From Eledone cirrhosa (lineage: Eukaryota), in assembly GCA_964016885.1 (NCBI GenBank), contig OZ024741.1, forward strand, positions 3,720,001 to 3,784,000: a stretch of 64,000 bases of DNA, given 5' to 3'. The position numbers and the translations under genes are program-made. The notes beneath the pieces were generated by a model. The model had not been told where the DNA came from, ran no database searches, and worked only from the letters and a program-made list of their open reading frames with translations. Shown here piece by piece: positions 1 through 11,629 of the stretch. Each line of letters opens with the position of its first letter. The first letter of the stretch is position 1.

Positions 1-26
1 GAAGGGGGAGAGATATTGTGTCCCTG

Positions 27-636
27 AAAGGTATTCTGTCCCTGACAGATGTAAAGGTATTCTGTACCTGACAGATATAAAGGTATTCTGTCCCTGGCAG
101 ATGTAAAGGTATTCTGTACCTGACAGATATAAAGGTATTCTGTACCTGACAGATGTAAAGGTATTCTGTACCTGACAGATGTAAAGGTATTCTGTACCTG
201 ACAGGTATAAAGGTATTCTGTACCTGACAGGTGTAAAGGTATTCTGTACCTGACAGGTATAAAGGTATTCTGTACCTGACAGGTATAAAGATATTCTGTA
301 CCTGACAGGTGTAAAGGTATTCTGTACAGTGTGGGACATATAAAGGTATTCTGTACCTGATAGGTATAAAGGTATTCTGTACCTGACAGATGTAAAGGTA
401 TTCTGTCCCTGACAGATATAAAGGTATTCTGTACCTGACAGATGTAAAGATATTCTGTACCTGGCAGATGTAAAGGTATTCTGTCCCTGACAGATGTAAA
501 GGTATTCTGTCCCTGACAGATATAAAGGTATTCTGTACCTGACAGGTGTAAAGGTATTCTGTACCTGACAGGTGTAAAGGTATTCTGTACAGTGTGGGAC
601 ATATAAAGGTATTCTGTACAGTGTAGGACAGATAAA
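27..636. repeat. Tandem repeat, 26-bp unit (AAAGGTATTCTGTACCTGACAGATGT)
   Basis: More than 20 near-identical tandem units read directly. Confidence 0.95.
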
Positions 637-1037
637 GACAATTAGTTCATGTCTTCTGTAATTTTACCAAAATTGATAGTTGCTAATCAAGAATTGATTA
701 CTTCAGTTTCCAAACTATAAAACAGCGCTGTATGGAAAATAATAGTTTTTCCACCTTAACCCTTTCGTTACCAAACGGCCCAAAGACGCCCGAAAAAAAT
801 GTTGGTTCATGTGACCAAGCCACCCAAAACCGCCCGTACTCACACATTCATATTTAAATGAGAATATCAGAGCAAATCTCGTTAGTATATTCGTGAAAAC
901 ACGTGATTATACTACGTAAACAATTGAGCTACAGTTTCGGACAAATATCGACGTTATTTTAATTCTGTGAATTTTGGGAGATTTTTTTTCAAAATTTGTT
1001 CCTGTTGTATTTTGAAAATTTTTAATTCTGACAAAAA

Positions 1038-3050
1038 ATGGATACCAATTTCATTCAGTCAAGCAGCGAGTCAGAATTCGAAGGATTTTCTACTGAAGAC
1101 CTTGAAAAATCTAACTCTATAACTGAAAAAAAAAAAGCACGTGGTATTTGATAATGAATCCGATGTTTCATTTTCTGAGAGTGAAAGCAGTGAATCCGAG
1201 AGCTCCGATGACAGCGATAAAGAAAATGAATTGGCACCTGAATGGAGTAAAAATTTAAAAACTGTTTCTTTCAGTGATTTTTATGAAGAAACTGGACCAA
1301 GTCACAGTCTATCCCAGGAGAGCAAAGCTTTAGACTATTTCCTTTTACTTTTTCCTATGAGCTTGTTTGAAATTATTACGGTGGAAACAAACCGTTACGC
1401 TGAAAGTAAACAAAGCGAAAAAAAGGATAGTTTGTGGTTTCCCACAAGCTTAATTGAAATTAGGGCTTATTTTGCCATAAATATTATTATGGGCATTAGA
1501 AAGCTACCCAGAATTACAAATTACTGGAGTACCGATGAACCCTTTGGAGACGAATATGTCTCAAGTATAATGACGAGGACACGGTTTTTAAAATTGACGC
1601 AGTATTTACATGTAAGAGACGCGAGCTGTACACCAGTAAGTGGAGAACCAAACTATGATCCCTTATTTAAAATAAGACCCCTCATTGATTGTGTTCAAAA
1701 CACATACAAAACAGTTTACAAACCAGGGAGATATTTATCTATCAATGAGGGTATGGTGTGCTATAAAGGCTGAGTGCGTTTTCCACAATATATGCCAGGA
1801 AAGCCCACAAAATGGGGGATGAAAGTTTGGAAGATTTCATCATCATCATCATCATCATTTTACATCCACTTTTCCCTGCTTGCAAGGGTGGGACAGGAAC
1901 TGATTCTGGCTTGATTTCTACAGCTGGATGCCCTTCCTAACACCAACCTCATTTACAGTGAGTGCTGGGTGCTTTTTTGCCGTGGCACCTCCACGACCAC
2001 TTTGCAGTGGAATGATAGGGACCCCAGTCCCTATCATCTCATTTCTACAGCTGAGTAAACTGGAGCAATGTGAAATAAAGTGTCTTGCTCAAGGAAACAA
2101 CACATCACTCAGTCCGAGAATTGAACTCACAACCTTTCGATTGCAAGGCCAATGCTCTAACCACTAAGCCATTGCGAATCGAATACTGGGTACTGCTCTG
2201 GATTTGAATTTTATACTGGCAAAAGAGACAATTATGTAAGTCAGCATGGTCTAGGGTATGATGTGGTCTGGAATTTATCACTTCCATACCATAACCAGGG
2301 CCGTATATTATTTTTTGACCAGCTTTTCAGTTCGGTCAAACTTGCGGAGAATTTAGATACTGTGGCAACACATACATGTGCTACAGTGATCGCTAGTAGA
2401 AAAGGACTGCCGTTGGATATAAAAAAAGCAAAATTTAAAAAAAAAGGTGAAATAATTCAGCGGCAGAAAGGAAATTTGCTCGCGACCGCATACAGAGATA
2501 AGAGGCAAATCAATTTTCTGTCTATCTGTGCACGGCCACATGTGGATGAAAATGGCACCCCATTTGTGAATCTCGATTATAACAGGTACATGGGTGGTGT
2601 AGATCGGATGAATCAGATGATGTCTTATTATCCAGTTGGCAGATCGGGGAATAAATGGTGGCGATACCTTGTTTAGTATATAGTAAATATGAGTATTACT
2701 AATGCGTTTATACTATATACCAAATCGGGACCAGCTCGAAAGCGATGCGACCATCTGCAGTTCTAAGCAGATATAGCAACACAATTAAGAGCTGGTTATT
2801 CCTCAAAAAAAAATAACTGTAGGGAGAAAAACCAAAGCCTGCCAGAGAGATATCCCTCTGAATTCAGCCGATCTCCATAAATTAGAAAAAAATCGAGGGT
2901 TGCAAAAGGCAGTGTCGTGAATGCCTTCATCAAAAAAGGAAAGCTCCTAGTGGAAGGTCTGTTGAAACAACTTTCCAATGTGCATTCTGCAAGGTTGCAT
3001 TATGTAGAGCAGGGTGCTTTACAAGTTTTCATGATAGGAATATTGTTTGA
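1038..3050 (+). pseudogene. piggyBac (PGBD4-like) transposase pseudogene
   Basis: Acidic N-terminus, DPLFKIRPL, SINE (normally SIDE), KPTKWG, FFDQLF, YNRYMGGVD and a Cys-rich C-terminus ending 3050. Broken by a frameshift near 1130, stops at 1771 and 2674, and a SINE insertion. Confidence 0.9.
1837..2172 (-). mobile_element. tRNA-derived CORE-type SINE with RTE-like tail, inserted in the piggyBac transposase
   Basis: A-box TGGCTTAGTGG, B-box GTTCAATTC, CORE-like CCTTGAGCAAGACACTT, (TGA)n tail; interrupts WKI|CESNTGY. Confidence 0.85.
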
Positions 3051-3829
3051 TTTGTATATATGTGTGATTTTATTTTATTAATATTTTCAAATTTACTTCG
3101 TTTTTATTTTTATTTATGTGTAATTTTAATTTACCTGTTATTTTAATTTACCTGTAAGGTGAATGGCGAGTTTTGATTAATTTCTTTTGTAAATCATTAT
3201 TGTATATTTCTGCGTATCTATGTATGTGGGAGAGCTTATTTAATCTAGTTGATGGTGTGTGTGTATTTTGTTTTCTAGTTTTCTTCACAGACAAATTCCA
3301 GTCTTTCGTTTTATTTATACCTTTATGGTACACCTGTCTTTTGTGTGTTTAAATTCACCTGATAAATCCAGTAATGTGCACAACTCTTCTATAGTAAAAT
3401 TTTGTTGTATACCCAATTGAATATTAGCTAATAACCCATTTTCTATAGCGATGTTTAAACAAAATTTAAATAATTTCATATTTTGTTGAATTTACCTGTA
3501 TTTACCTATAATTAGTCACTTTGAGACAAAAATTATGGAATAGAATTGGTTGAGAACCTTTCGTTAAATTTTCTTCCAAAAATCACATTAATATGTTGAT
3601 AAATAAAAAAGTTAGAGTTGTTTAATGAAACCAGACTAAATTTATGATTATGTTAGAAATTAATTGAAACACATAAGGGGTGTATTTTGGTTAGAAATAT
3701 GGTAACGAAAGGGTTAAACTATGTACTTTTTCCTGAATATTGTGTTATGTATATATGTGTACAAAATACTGTGATTCACTACCAATATATGGCTTTTTCT
3801 CTCTCTCTCTATATATATATATATACATT

Positions 3830-4073
3830 GCAAAGTGGTCATGTAGATGTCACGATGAAAAGCACCCAGTACACACTGTAAAGTGGTTATGTAGGTGTCA
3901 TGATGAAAAGCACCCAGTCCACACTGTAAATGGTTGGCATTGGGAAGGGCATCCAGCCATAGAAACAGTTCTGTGTGAGCAAGACATTGTCATCTGGCTC
4001 AACTTACCTCAAATGGGACAACCCGTGTAACCCATGCTAGTGTGGAAGGTGAATGTTAAATGATTATGATGAT
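3830..4073 (+). mobile_element. Degenerate RTE/SINE 3' tail fragment
   Basis: GAAAAGCACCCAG repeats, GGAAGGGCATCCAGC, CCCATGCTAG and (TGA)n tail shared with other copies in the window. Confidence 0.7.
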
Positions 4074-4165
4074 ATCTTTTAATTTGAATGATACATATGT
4101 ATATTATTCCTAATTAAACTATTTTTCACTGGGAAAGATTTGTCAGCATTTTCTTTTCCTTTTTA

Positions 4166-4205
<40 letters not shown>

Positions 4206-4259
4206 TAGCTCTTACTTCAAACTGACACTGCTGGTTATCAATATAAAACTAGCTCTTAC

Positions 4260-4373
4260 TTCAAACTGACACTGCTGGTAATCAATCAACATAGTTCTGA
4301 TGAGGTCTTTCAGTGGTTTATCATGACAAACTTGGTCTTCTTCACGGTTTATTTGTTTGGTCCAAAAATTCTC
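4260..4373 (-). CDS. LAS1L: LAS1L exon 6 (ENFWTKQINREEDQVCHDKPLKDLIRTMLIDYQQCQFE)
   Basis: Acceptor ...ctgaatttag, donor gtaag, 114 nt, phase 0-0; supplies the FW that follows the Las1 HEPN helix. Confidence 0.8.
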
Positions 4374-4615
4374 CTAAATTCAGAAAAAGAAACAGGGAAA
4401 CATGTAAAGGAAGGATCATGTTTGTAGGGTGGATGGAAGAACAGGGTTCCAAAGACAGGATCAATTATTGATTTCTATGATGGAACAACAGGGTTCCAAA
4501 GACAGGATCAATATATATTGATTTCTATGATGGAACAACAGGGTTCCAAAGACAGGATCAATTATTGATTTCTAAGTTTCAATAATAGTAGCCAAAGGAA
4601 AAGATGTGAACCAAC

Positions 4616-4726
4616 CTGTAAATATTTGAGACTACAATCCACAGCAGTCCCTACAATTTCCAGTGAGGGCAGCTTATTATGTGTGGCACTATGACGTAGT
4701 TCTATCAGCCATTCGGGTAATCCAAG
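4616..4726 (-). CDS. LAS1L: LAS1L exon 5 with HEPN catalytic motif (LGLPEWLIELRHSATHNKLPSLEIVGTAVDCSLKYLQ)
   Basis: AG/GT bounded, 111 nt; matches the Las1 family signature PxWxxxLRHxxTHxxLP. Confidence 0.92.
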
Positions 4727-5589
4727 CTATTAGCCAGAAATATTTTTTTGATAAAAAACAAGTTTAATTAATTCTTTCATAATATTTCTAATGAAATACA
4801 CTGCCAGTGTATTTCAAATAATTTTAAACAGAATGAAAACACTTGAAGGAAATAAATAAACTAATTAAGTTTTACAATGGTAAGCTGATATTTAGAATAT
4901 TACTTAAGAAAAATGTTTTAATATAAAAATAAGCATTTTAAAATAAGTTTTGTATAATAAATCCCGACCAGTGGTGGGGGGAAGGGTAATGTAGGTGTTT
5001 ATTCCAGAATTCAGCCCTACCAGATAAAATAGTGGTGTTTAGTTATCTCCCTTACATTACTTTAATGGAGAAGTATGTAGTGGTTATCGCTGCTAGAAAT
5101 AGCCCCCAAATCGCTCTTAAGTACCACCCTAACATCCTAAAAAGGAGATGCCTTATGTCTGTAAAAGAAAATGATGGGATGGTCACAGCTTGAATATAGT
5201 ATGACCGAGATTTAAGCATCATCATCTTGCTTCCAGCTCTTTTATTTTATTGTTTTACTATTTAGTGAAGGAGCAATGGCAGTGCCCATGGCCCTTTTAC
5301 TTGTTCAGGGCCTCCAAGACTGGCAGGAGGAAGAGAGGAAGTCACACTCATACTAGAGACTTGCTTCAAATACTTGTAAGACCAGGTGATGGTGTTAAAC
5401 AGGAAGCTGGATTAAGTCTACTACACATGTCTGGTAATCAATCACCTTTATCAACCTTGAAAGAATGACAGTCACAGATGACCTCTCAGGTCACAGATGA
5501 CCTTTAAGTTAGATCTGGTTATACTATAGATAGTTATTAGCATCTCCTACAGATTTTTAATGTAAGTTTGGTCATGTTTGTTTAATGAC

Positions 5590-6293
5590 CATACATGGTG
5601 TTTTGCTGGTGCCATGATGAAAAACACCCAGTCCACCCTATAAAGTGGTAGTGCTGGTGCCATGATGAAAAACACCCAGTCTACCCTGTAAGGTGGTAGT
5701 GTTAATACCATGATGAAAAACACCCAGTCCACCCTGTAAGGTGGTAGTGCTAGTACCATGATGAAAAACACCCAGTCCAACGTGTAAGGTGATAGTGTTA
5801 GTACCATGATGAAAAACACCCAGTCCAACGTGTAAGGTGATAGTGTTAGTACCATGATGAAAAACACCCAGTCCAACGTGTAAGGTGATAGTGTTAGTAC
5901 CATGATGAAAAACACCCAGTCCACCCTGTAAGGTGGTAGTGCTAGTACCATGATGAAAAACACCCAGTGTGCCATGTAAGATGGTAGTGCTGGTGCCACA
6001 ATTAAATATTCCCACTACATGTTGTAAAGTGGTTAATGTTAGGAAGGGCATCCAGTCACAAAAACCAAATCAAATACAGATTGCACAATCATGACATGGT
6101 CACCTGACCAATCTAGCCCAGAAAGTGACAACCTGTCTGACCTATGACATGGTCACCTGACCAATCTTTCCCCAGAAAGTAACAACCTGTCTGACACGTC
6201 ATGGTCACCTGACCAATCTTGCCCCAGAAAGTGACAACCTGTCCAACCCATGCAATCATAGACAACAGACGTTAAACGGTGATGATGATGATG
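5590..6293 (+). repeat. RTE-type 3' tail with an internal 48-bp tandem expansion (about 8 units) and a short 3-unit repeat at 6090-6250
   Basis: Unit CATGATGAAAAACACCCAGTCCAACGTGTAAGGTGATAGTGTTAGTAC, followed by GGAAGGGCATCCAG and ending GACGTTAAACGG(TGA)n. Confidence 0.8.
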
Positions 6294-6307
6294 AAAGAAT
6301 GTATTTA

Positions 6308-6471
6308 TTCTCGGGTCTCAAATAATCGTCCTTCACCCACCCCTGCTCTTATTCCATTTTTTTTTAAATCAAGAGACAACCTAGAAAAATTACTGAATCC
6401 CACCCCACCCCAACTTATTCCAACTCTCCCTCTTATTCCAACCCCACCTCCTATTATTTGGGACCCAAGAG
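6308..6471. mobile_element. Tc1/mariner-type MITE
   Basis: Imperfect 19-bp TIRs (TTCTCGGGTCTCAAATAAT / ATTATTTGGGACCCAAGAG) flanked by TA. Confidence 0.65.
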
Positions 6472-6521
6472 TAAGTGAAAAGATGATTTTAGAGTAAAAT
6501 TAATTATTATTCCTAACGAAC

Positions 6522-6594
6522 CTCATTAGCAATAGACGTCAGTGAACGGGCATAGACTTTATTCTGTTTCGTCTCTGTTATGTGGTTGATGAAT
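6522..6594 (-). CDS. LAS1L: LAS1L exon 4 (R|FINHITETKQNKVYARSLTSIANE)
   Basis: Acceptor tttttctag, GT donor, 73 nt, phase 2-0; gives the RF(V/I)N motif. Confidence 0.9.
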
Positions 6595-6879
6595 CTAGAA
6601 AAATATAGAACAATCGATACAATAACCAGGCAATACCAGTACTTACACACTCTACACTAGAGATGGGGAACATGTAGCCTTAAGGACCACATCTGACCTT
6701 CTGTGCAGCCTTAAGGGTCATATGTGGCCTTCTGTGCTGCCTTAAGGGCCTCATGTGGCCTTCTGTATCATTCTCTGCAACCTTTAAAAAAAAATCAAAA
6801 ATTTACATCAAATTTTAAATTTTTATTGATATGTTTTTGTCTATCTCTTATTTTAATTTAACCCTTTAGCATTTAAATA

Positions 6880-7977
6880 ATGATAATAATAATGGAATTG
6901 TGTACAGTGCTCAAGTGCACTACAACTCATCAAAGGTGCATGTATAGTACATAGAATAATTGTTTCTACTTTAGGCACAAGGCCAGCAATTACCCAGTGC
7001 ATTATTGGTACTTTATTTTATCGAGCCCCGTAAGGATGAGTACATAGAATAATGTACAAATGTCACGAAAGTGAACAGTCTATGAGTCATGATATACACA
7101 CAGATACATGTGTGCGTGTGTATGGAGGGGGAATATTAGGTGTAGTGTTGGCGAATCTCGGGAAGCATGGACGTTTTAATGGATGCAGTGTCTCGACAGC
7201 TAACAACTGATGCAGGTAGTTTGTTCCAGGCTTCAGCAACTCTAAAGTGTTTCCGAAAGTCATGGGAGCTCTTGTTTTCTGATTTTGTAAGCATGTCCAC
7301 AGGTGTTAGACACAAGGAATTCAAAAAGGTGCTCTGGATTGTTGTTGGAAAGATGGTTAATAATTTTGGAAAGGCATGGTTGCGTTTATTCTTAAGGAGA
7401 CGTTGCAGCATTGCAGGTGTAAATTCCATAGTTGTTATAGAATTTGATGTCAGAGGTGGTGGTACGTTTTGGTTTTCAACAGTAAAAATACCTGCATAGC
7501 ATTCAGCAGTGAGTTTTGTGCATTCCTTGGGGTCGTCAGTAATCTGGCTTATGTGGGGATTGCGAAGAGGACCAACTAGAGAGTGAGGTCTCTACTTTGA
7601 ATGTACCTATTTCCAGAACACCTTACTGTCAGGGCTGGTTGCTATGCACTGTTCAAATTCAAGCACTGCCTTTTTTGTCATCTGCTTGAGATGGTTGGAT
7701 GATTTATTTTGATTTTATTGATATATGATTTATGCAGTTTGTACTCACGTTCAGCATTACAACGTTCTTTCCTAACAAGACAGACTGCTGCAGTCTCCCA
7801 AATTGCACTTTTGGGATGTTTTTTCTGCTTACGTGACACTGATGCTGCATATGCTGTCCATATTGAGTTCAGGATGTTCTGAAGTATAGTGTTCACATTT
7901 CCAGAGTTGTGAAATTCAATCCAGTTTGGATGTTGTAGCTCAGTGCAGTAAGAGTTCCAGTCTGCTTTATTCCAGTC
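6880..7977 (-). mobile_element. CR1/L2-like LINE remnant, internally deleted, with a short SINE fragment nested at about 6960-7037
   Basis: C-terminal RVAEAWNKLPASVVS motif; (TTA)n-like tail; the nested fragment is flanked by a duplicated AGTACATAGAATAAT. Confidence 0.65.
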
Positions 7978-8145
7978 AAAACCGGCCAGAATTATCTTAC
8001 CTCTTTCTTTTCAAACTAGCTGTAACCAACCACACATACTGATATTAAGGTAGTGTTCTCAAAATAAATAATATCAAAATCTCATAGATTCCATATTATG
8101 TGAGATATTATGTGAGGTAAAGCCTTTACTGTGAACATACAATAG

Positions 8146-8435
8146 TATCATCATCATCATCATCATCGTTTAACGTCCATCTTCCACGCTAGCATGGGTC
8201 TGGACGGGAATTGTCCACTTGAGGCAAGATTGGTTGTCTTGCTCGTATAGGACTGTCTGGCAGCTTTTCTACGGCTGGATGCCCTTCCTAACACCAACCA
8301 CGTTTACAGTGTGGACTGGGAGGTTTTTACCGTGTTACCTACATGGCCACATTACAGCGTGGACTGTGTGTTTTTTTTTTGTCGTGACACCTACACGACC
8401 TCATTTGTTTCGGACTGGATGTTGTGGTACCAACA
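8146..8435 (-). mobile_element. 5'-truncated RTE 3' UTR
   Basis: Nearly identical to the 3' UTR of the RTE at 38516-38810; (TGA)n tail. Confidence 0.85.
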
Positions 8436-8508
8436 ATATATAAATATATATATATATATATATACAATATTAAATAAATGGAAACTACATTTACAAAACC
8501 ACACTTAT

Positions 8509-8568
8509 TTCATTATATATATTTCAGGGATAACACACCAACAATATGCTATGCCTTCCTCAGACAAA
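8509..8568 (-). ncRNA. Minimal type I hammerhead ribozyme motif
   Basis: TTTGT-CTGAGGA-long stem II-GAAA-TATATA-TA-ATGAA; core intact, palindromic helix III, weak helix I with G-U pairs. Confidence 0.65.
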
Positions 8569-9568
8569 ACACAATATAAACAGTTTTATAGATAAATAGA
8601 TTCGACATACCGCAACAACATCGACTTGTATTTGAAAAGGTTGAATTGGCAGTGAAAAAATTGTACACAGAGAGAAAGAAAGAGAGAAAAAAAGAGAGAA
8701 AAAAGGAAAGAAAGACAGAAAACGAAGAAAAAGAAGAAAAAGAAGAAATGCATGGAATAAAATAGAGAGATGGAAAGATAGATAAAGAGAAGAACTTCAT
8801 GCAAAGAAACACAGAGATATATATATATATATAGAGAGAGGAGGAAATAGAGATAGATACATATATATAGAAAGCTAGGTAGTGGGACGTCTGTTGAGTA
8901 AACGTATCAATGATACATTTATTTATTTATTTATTTAGCTCTAGCATTAATGTAAGGGAGATATATGGAGAGAAACCAGCTGTTATATAGAGAGAGAAAA
9001 AATATAGAGAGAGAAAAAATTCAAAAATAACCAGACACAGGCGAGGCGTAAAAAACCCTATGTTTTAATGTAGAGGTATTAGTATTTATAAAAACCAGCC
9101 ACTATATTGTAAATATCAGTATTTCTGAATGAGACATGTATCCATAAAGTGTGAAAATTAATGATCTTATGTTTAGTTTTTTAGAAAATTCATATGTTTA
9201 TGTGATAACTACAAACATCTATGTGAATTTACATGATCAACTCTGCAAACCCTAAGTTCACGGAAAACATTCTCATTGTGGTATAAAAATCTAAGTATAC
9301 ATACATGCGTATATATATACACACAAATATATATATATAGAGTCAATATTACTATTCCTGTCTCTACCCCACAAGACTATCTATCAAGCAGAAATAGAGA
9401 GCAGATCTCAATATACCAACAAAAATATATATCAGAAACAAAACTTTTTCTCTCTTTCCCTCTCTCTGTGTACAACCTTTTCACTGCCAATTCAACCTTT
9501 TTCAAATACAAGTCGATGCTGCTACGGTATGTCGAATCTATCTATCCATAAAACTGTTTATATTGCAC

Positions 9569-9628
9569 TTCGTCCGAGGAAGGCATAGCACATTGTTAAT
9601 ATGTTATCCCTGAAATATATATAATGAA
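9569..9628 (+). ncRNA. Hammerhead motif with core mutation (CCGAGGA)
   Basis: Inverted partner of 8509-8568; helix I TTCGT/ATGAA. Confidence 0.5.
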
Positions 9629-9758
9629 ATAAATATGGTTTCACAAATACAGCTTCCATTTATTTAATATTGTAAATATACTCCAAATATTTGTCGAGTG
9701 CTTTTATATCAGTTATAAATATTTACTAGTTGTAACCCAACAATTTAAATATAACTTT

Positions 9759-9843
<85 letters not shown>

Positions 9844-9975
9844 GGAGGTGAGTTTTATTGTAGTACAATAAAGCAATGCAGATATCGGATAAGTAGCACT
9901 CTACAGTTTGTAGGACTGGAGTATAAATAATATATAAGATCAAAAGATGGAACTCTTTTAACCATCTTTTGATCT

Positions 9976-10013
<38 letters not shown>

Positions 10014-10053
10014 TCAAAATATTAATAAATATAGACATTCATGTGATCAAATA

Positions 10054-10119
10054 TATTTTATTATACATATTTCAGAGGTACTGAGCTGTTTCATCAGTAC
10101 GTCCTCATCAGATAAAATA
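10054..10119 (-). ncRNA. Minimal type I hammerhead ribozyme motif
   Basis: TATTTTAT-CTGATGA-(GGA.GTACTGA loop TCAGTAC.TCT)-GAAA-TATGTA-TA-ATAAAATA; 8-bp helix I, intact core. Confidence 0.75.
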
Positions 10120-10508
10120 AATTGATGTCTGACATACCTCAACTGTGCTGATGGTTCAATTCCATATATATATATGTATATATATGAGAGATTTGGTGAT
10201 TGTGGAAATGGAGTAGTAACCAGAAATTGTTTTTTATATATTTATTTCCTTATATAGAGTAATGTAAATGTTATGTGAGATATTATGTGAGGTAAAGCCT
10301 TTACCATGAAAATACAATAGTATATATAGAGTAAATGTTAAAGGGTTAAACCATAAGATAAATGTATTTTAAATATCAAAGAGTAAATGAAAATTCTATG
10401 AAATAATCCATACTGACAGACAGCCAGAATTTAAAAACTTGGTAGATCATAAGGACCATTGCAGCACTTTCTAAGTTCATGTTTTAGTTCTAATGAGATT
10501 TTAGAATG

Positions 10509-10684
10509 TAAGGGGTGATGCTGAAAAGTTCTTGGCTTGATCTCTGCAACAGAAGCCTGGTTGAAAGCTTAGAAAAACTAAAGAACGACTGCAATAAGTG
10601 TGAGAATCTGAGAGGGGAATATGTTGAATAAAATCATAATTAACTGAACCTTCCTGTATTTATTTTTACCCAATGCCATACTTT
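10509..10684 (+). mobile_element. mariner-derived short element
   Basis: Encodes the mariner transposase C-terminal remnant CNKCENLRGEYVE*; mariner-like left end. Confidence 0.55.
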
Positions 10685-11629
10685 AAATTCCTAATTGACC
10701 GGATCCGAGGCTGGTTGGTGAGAAGCCACAGAGATTTAGTATACCAGTGATTATCAACATTTGGAGAATATATAACTATGGTTTCTTTAATGTGGCCTTA
10801 TATCACAGGTAACTTAATGTAGCCTTATATCACAGGTAACTTAATGTGGCCTTATATCACAGGTAACTTAATGTGGCCTTATATCACAGGTAACTTAATG
10901 TGGCCTTATTATATCAGGTGACTTAATGTGGCCTTATATTACAGGTAACTTAATGTGGCCTTATTATATCACAGGTAACTTAATATGGCCTTATATTACA
11001 GGTAACTTAATGTGGCCTTACTATAACACAGGTAACTTAATGTGGCCTTACATCACAGGTAACTTAATGTGGCCTTACTATAACACAGGTAACTTAATGT
11101 GGCCTTACATCACAGGTAACTTAATGTGGCCTTATTATATCACAGGTAACTTAATGTGGACATATTATATCACGGGTAACTTAATGTGGCCTTATATTAC
11201 AGGTAACTTAATGTGGCCTTATTATATCACAGGTAACTTAATGTGGCCTTATATCACAGGTAACTTAATGTGGCCTTATTATATCACAGGTAACTTAATG
11301 TGGCCTTATATTACAGGTAACTTAATGTGGCCTTATTATATCACAGGTAACTTAATGTGGCCTTATATTACAGGTAACTTAATGTGGCCTTATTATATCA
11401 CAGGTAACTTAATGTGGCCTTATATTTCAGGTAACTTAATGTGGCCTTATATCACAGGTAACTTAATGTGGCCTTATTATATCACAGGTAACTTAATGTG
11501 GCCTTATATCACAGGTAACTTAATGTGGCCTTATTATATCACAGGTAACTTAATGTGGCCTTACTATATCACAGGTAACTTAATGTGGCCTTACTATATC
11601 ACAGGTAACTTAATGTGGCCTTATATCAC

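Larger units (their letters stand above)
760..3713 (+). mobile_element. piggyBac-superfamily DNA transposon, full length but decayed
   Basis: TTAA at 756-759 and 3714-3717; perfect 14-bp TIRs CCCTTTCGTTACCA / TGGTAACGAAAGGG; internal PGBD4-like transposase remnants. Confidence 0.95.
8465..9675. mobile_element. Penelope-like non-coding element: about 210-bp inverted arms (8465-8675 / 9460-9675) between (TA)n tracts
   Basis: The arms are reverse complements and each carries a hammerhead motif; no coding remnant seen. Confidence 0.6.
6862..10345 (+). mobile_element. TTAA-type (piggyBac) MITE split into three pieces (6862-6877, 7978-8147, about 10255-10345) by later insertions
   Basis: TTAA|CCCTTTAGCATT start and AAAGGG|TTAA end; the pieces align with intact copies at 19114 and 32510. 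Confidence 0.7.

Noticed and set aside
640-750. Acceptor-like TATTTTCCATACAG on the minus strand, a possible further LAS1L exon
   Set aside because: All phases stop within about 15 codons and I see no homology; a 26-nt micro-exon cannot be excluded without RNA data.
4296-4340. CTGATGAGGTC...GACAAAC hammerhead-like string
   Set aside because: Lacks GAAA and helix I, and is the antisense of LAS1L exon 6.
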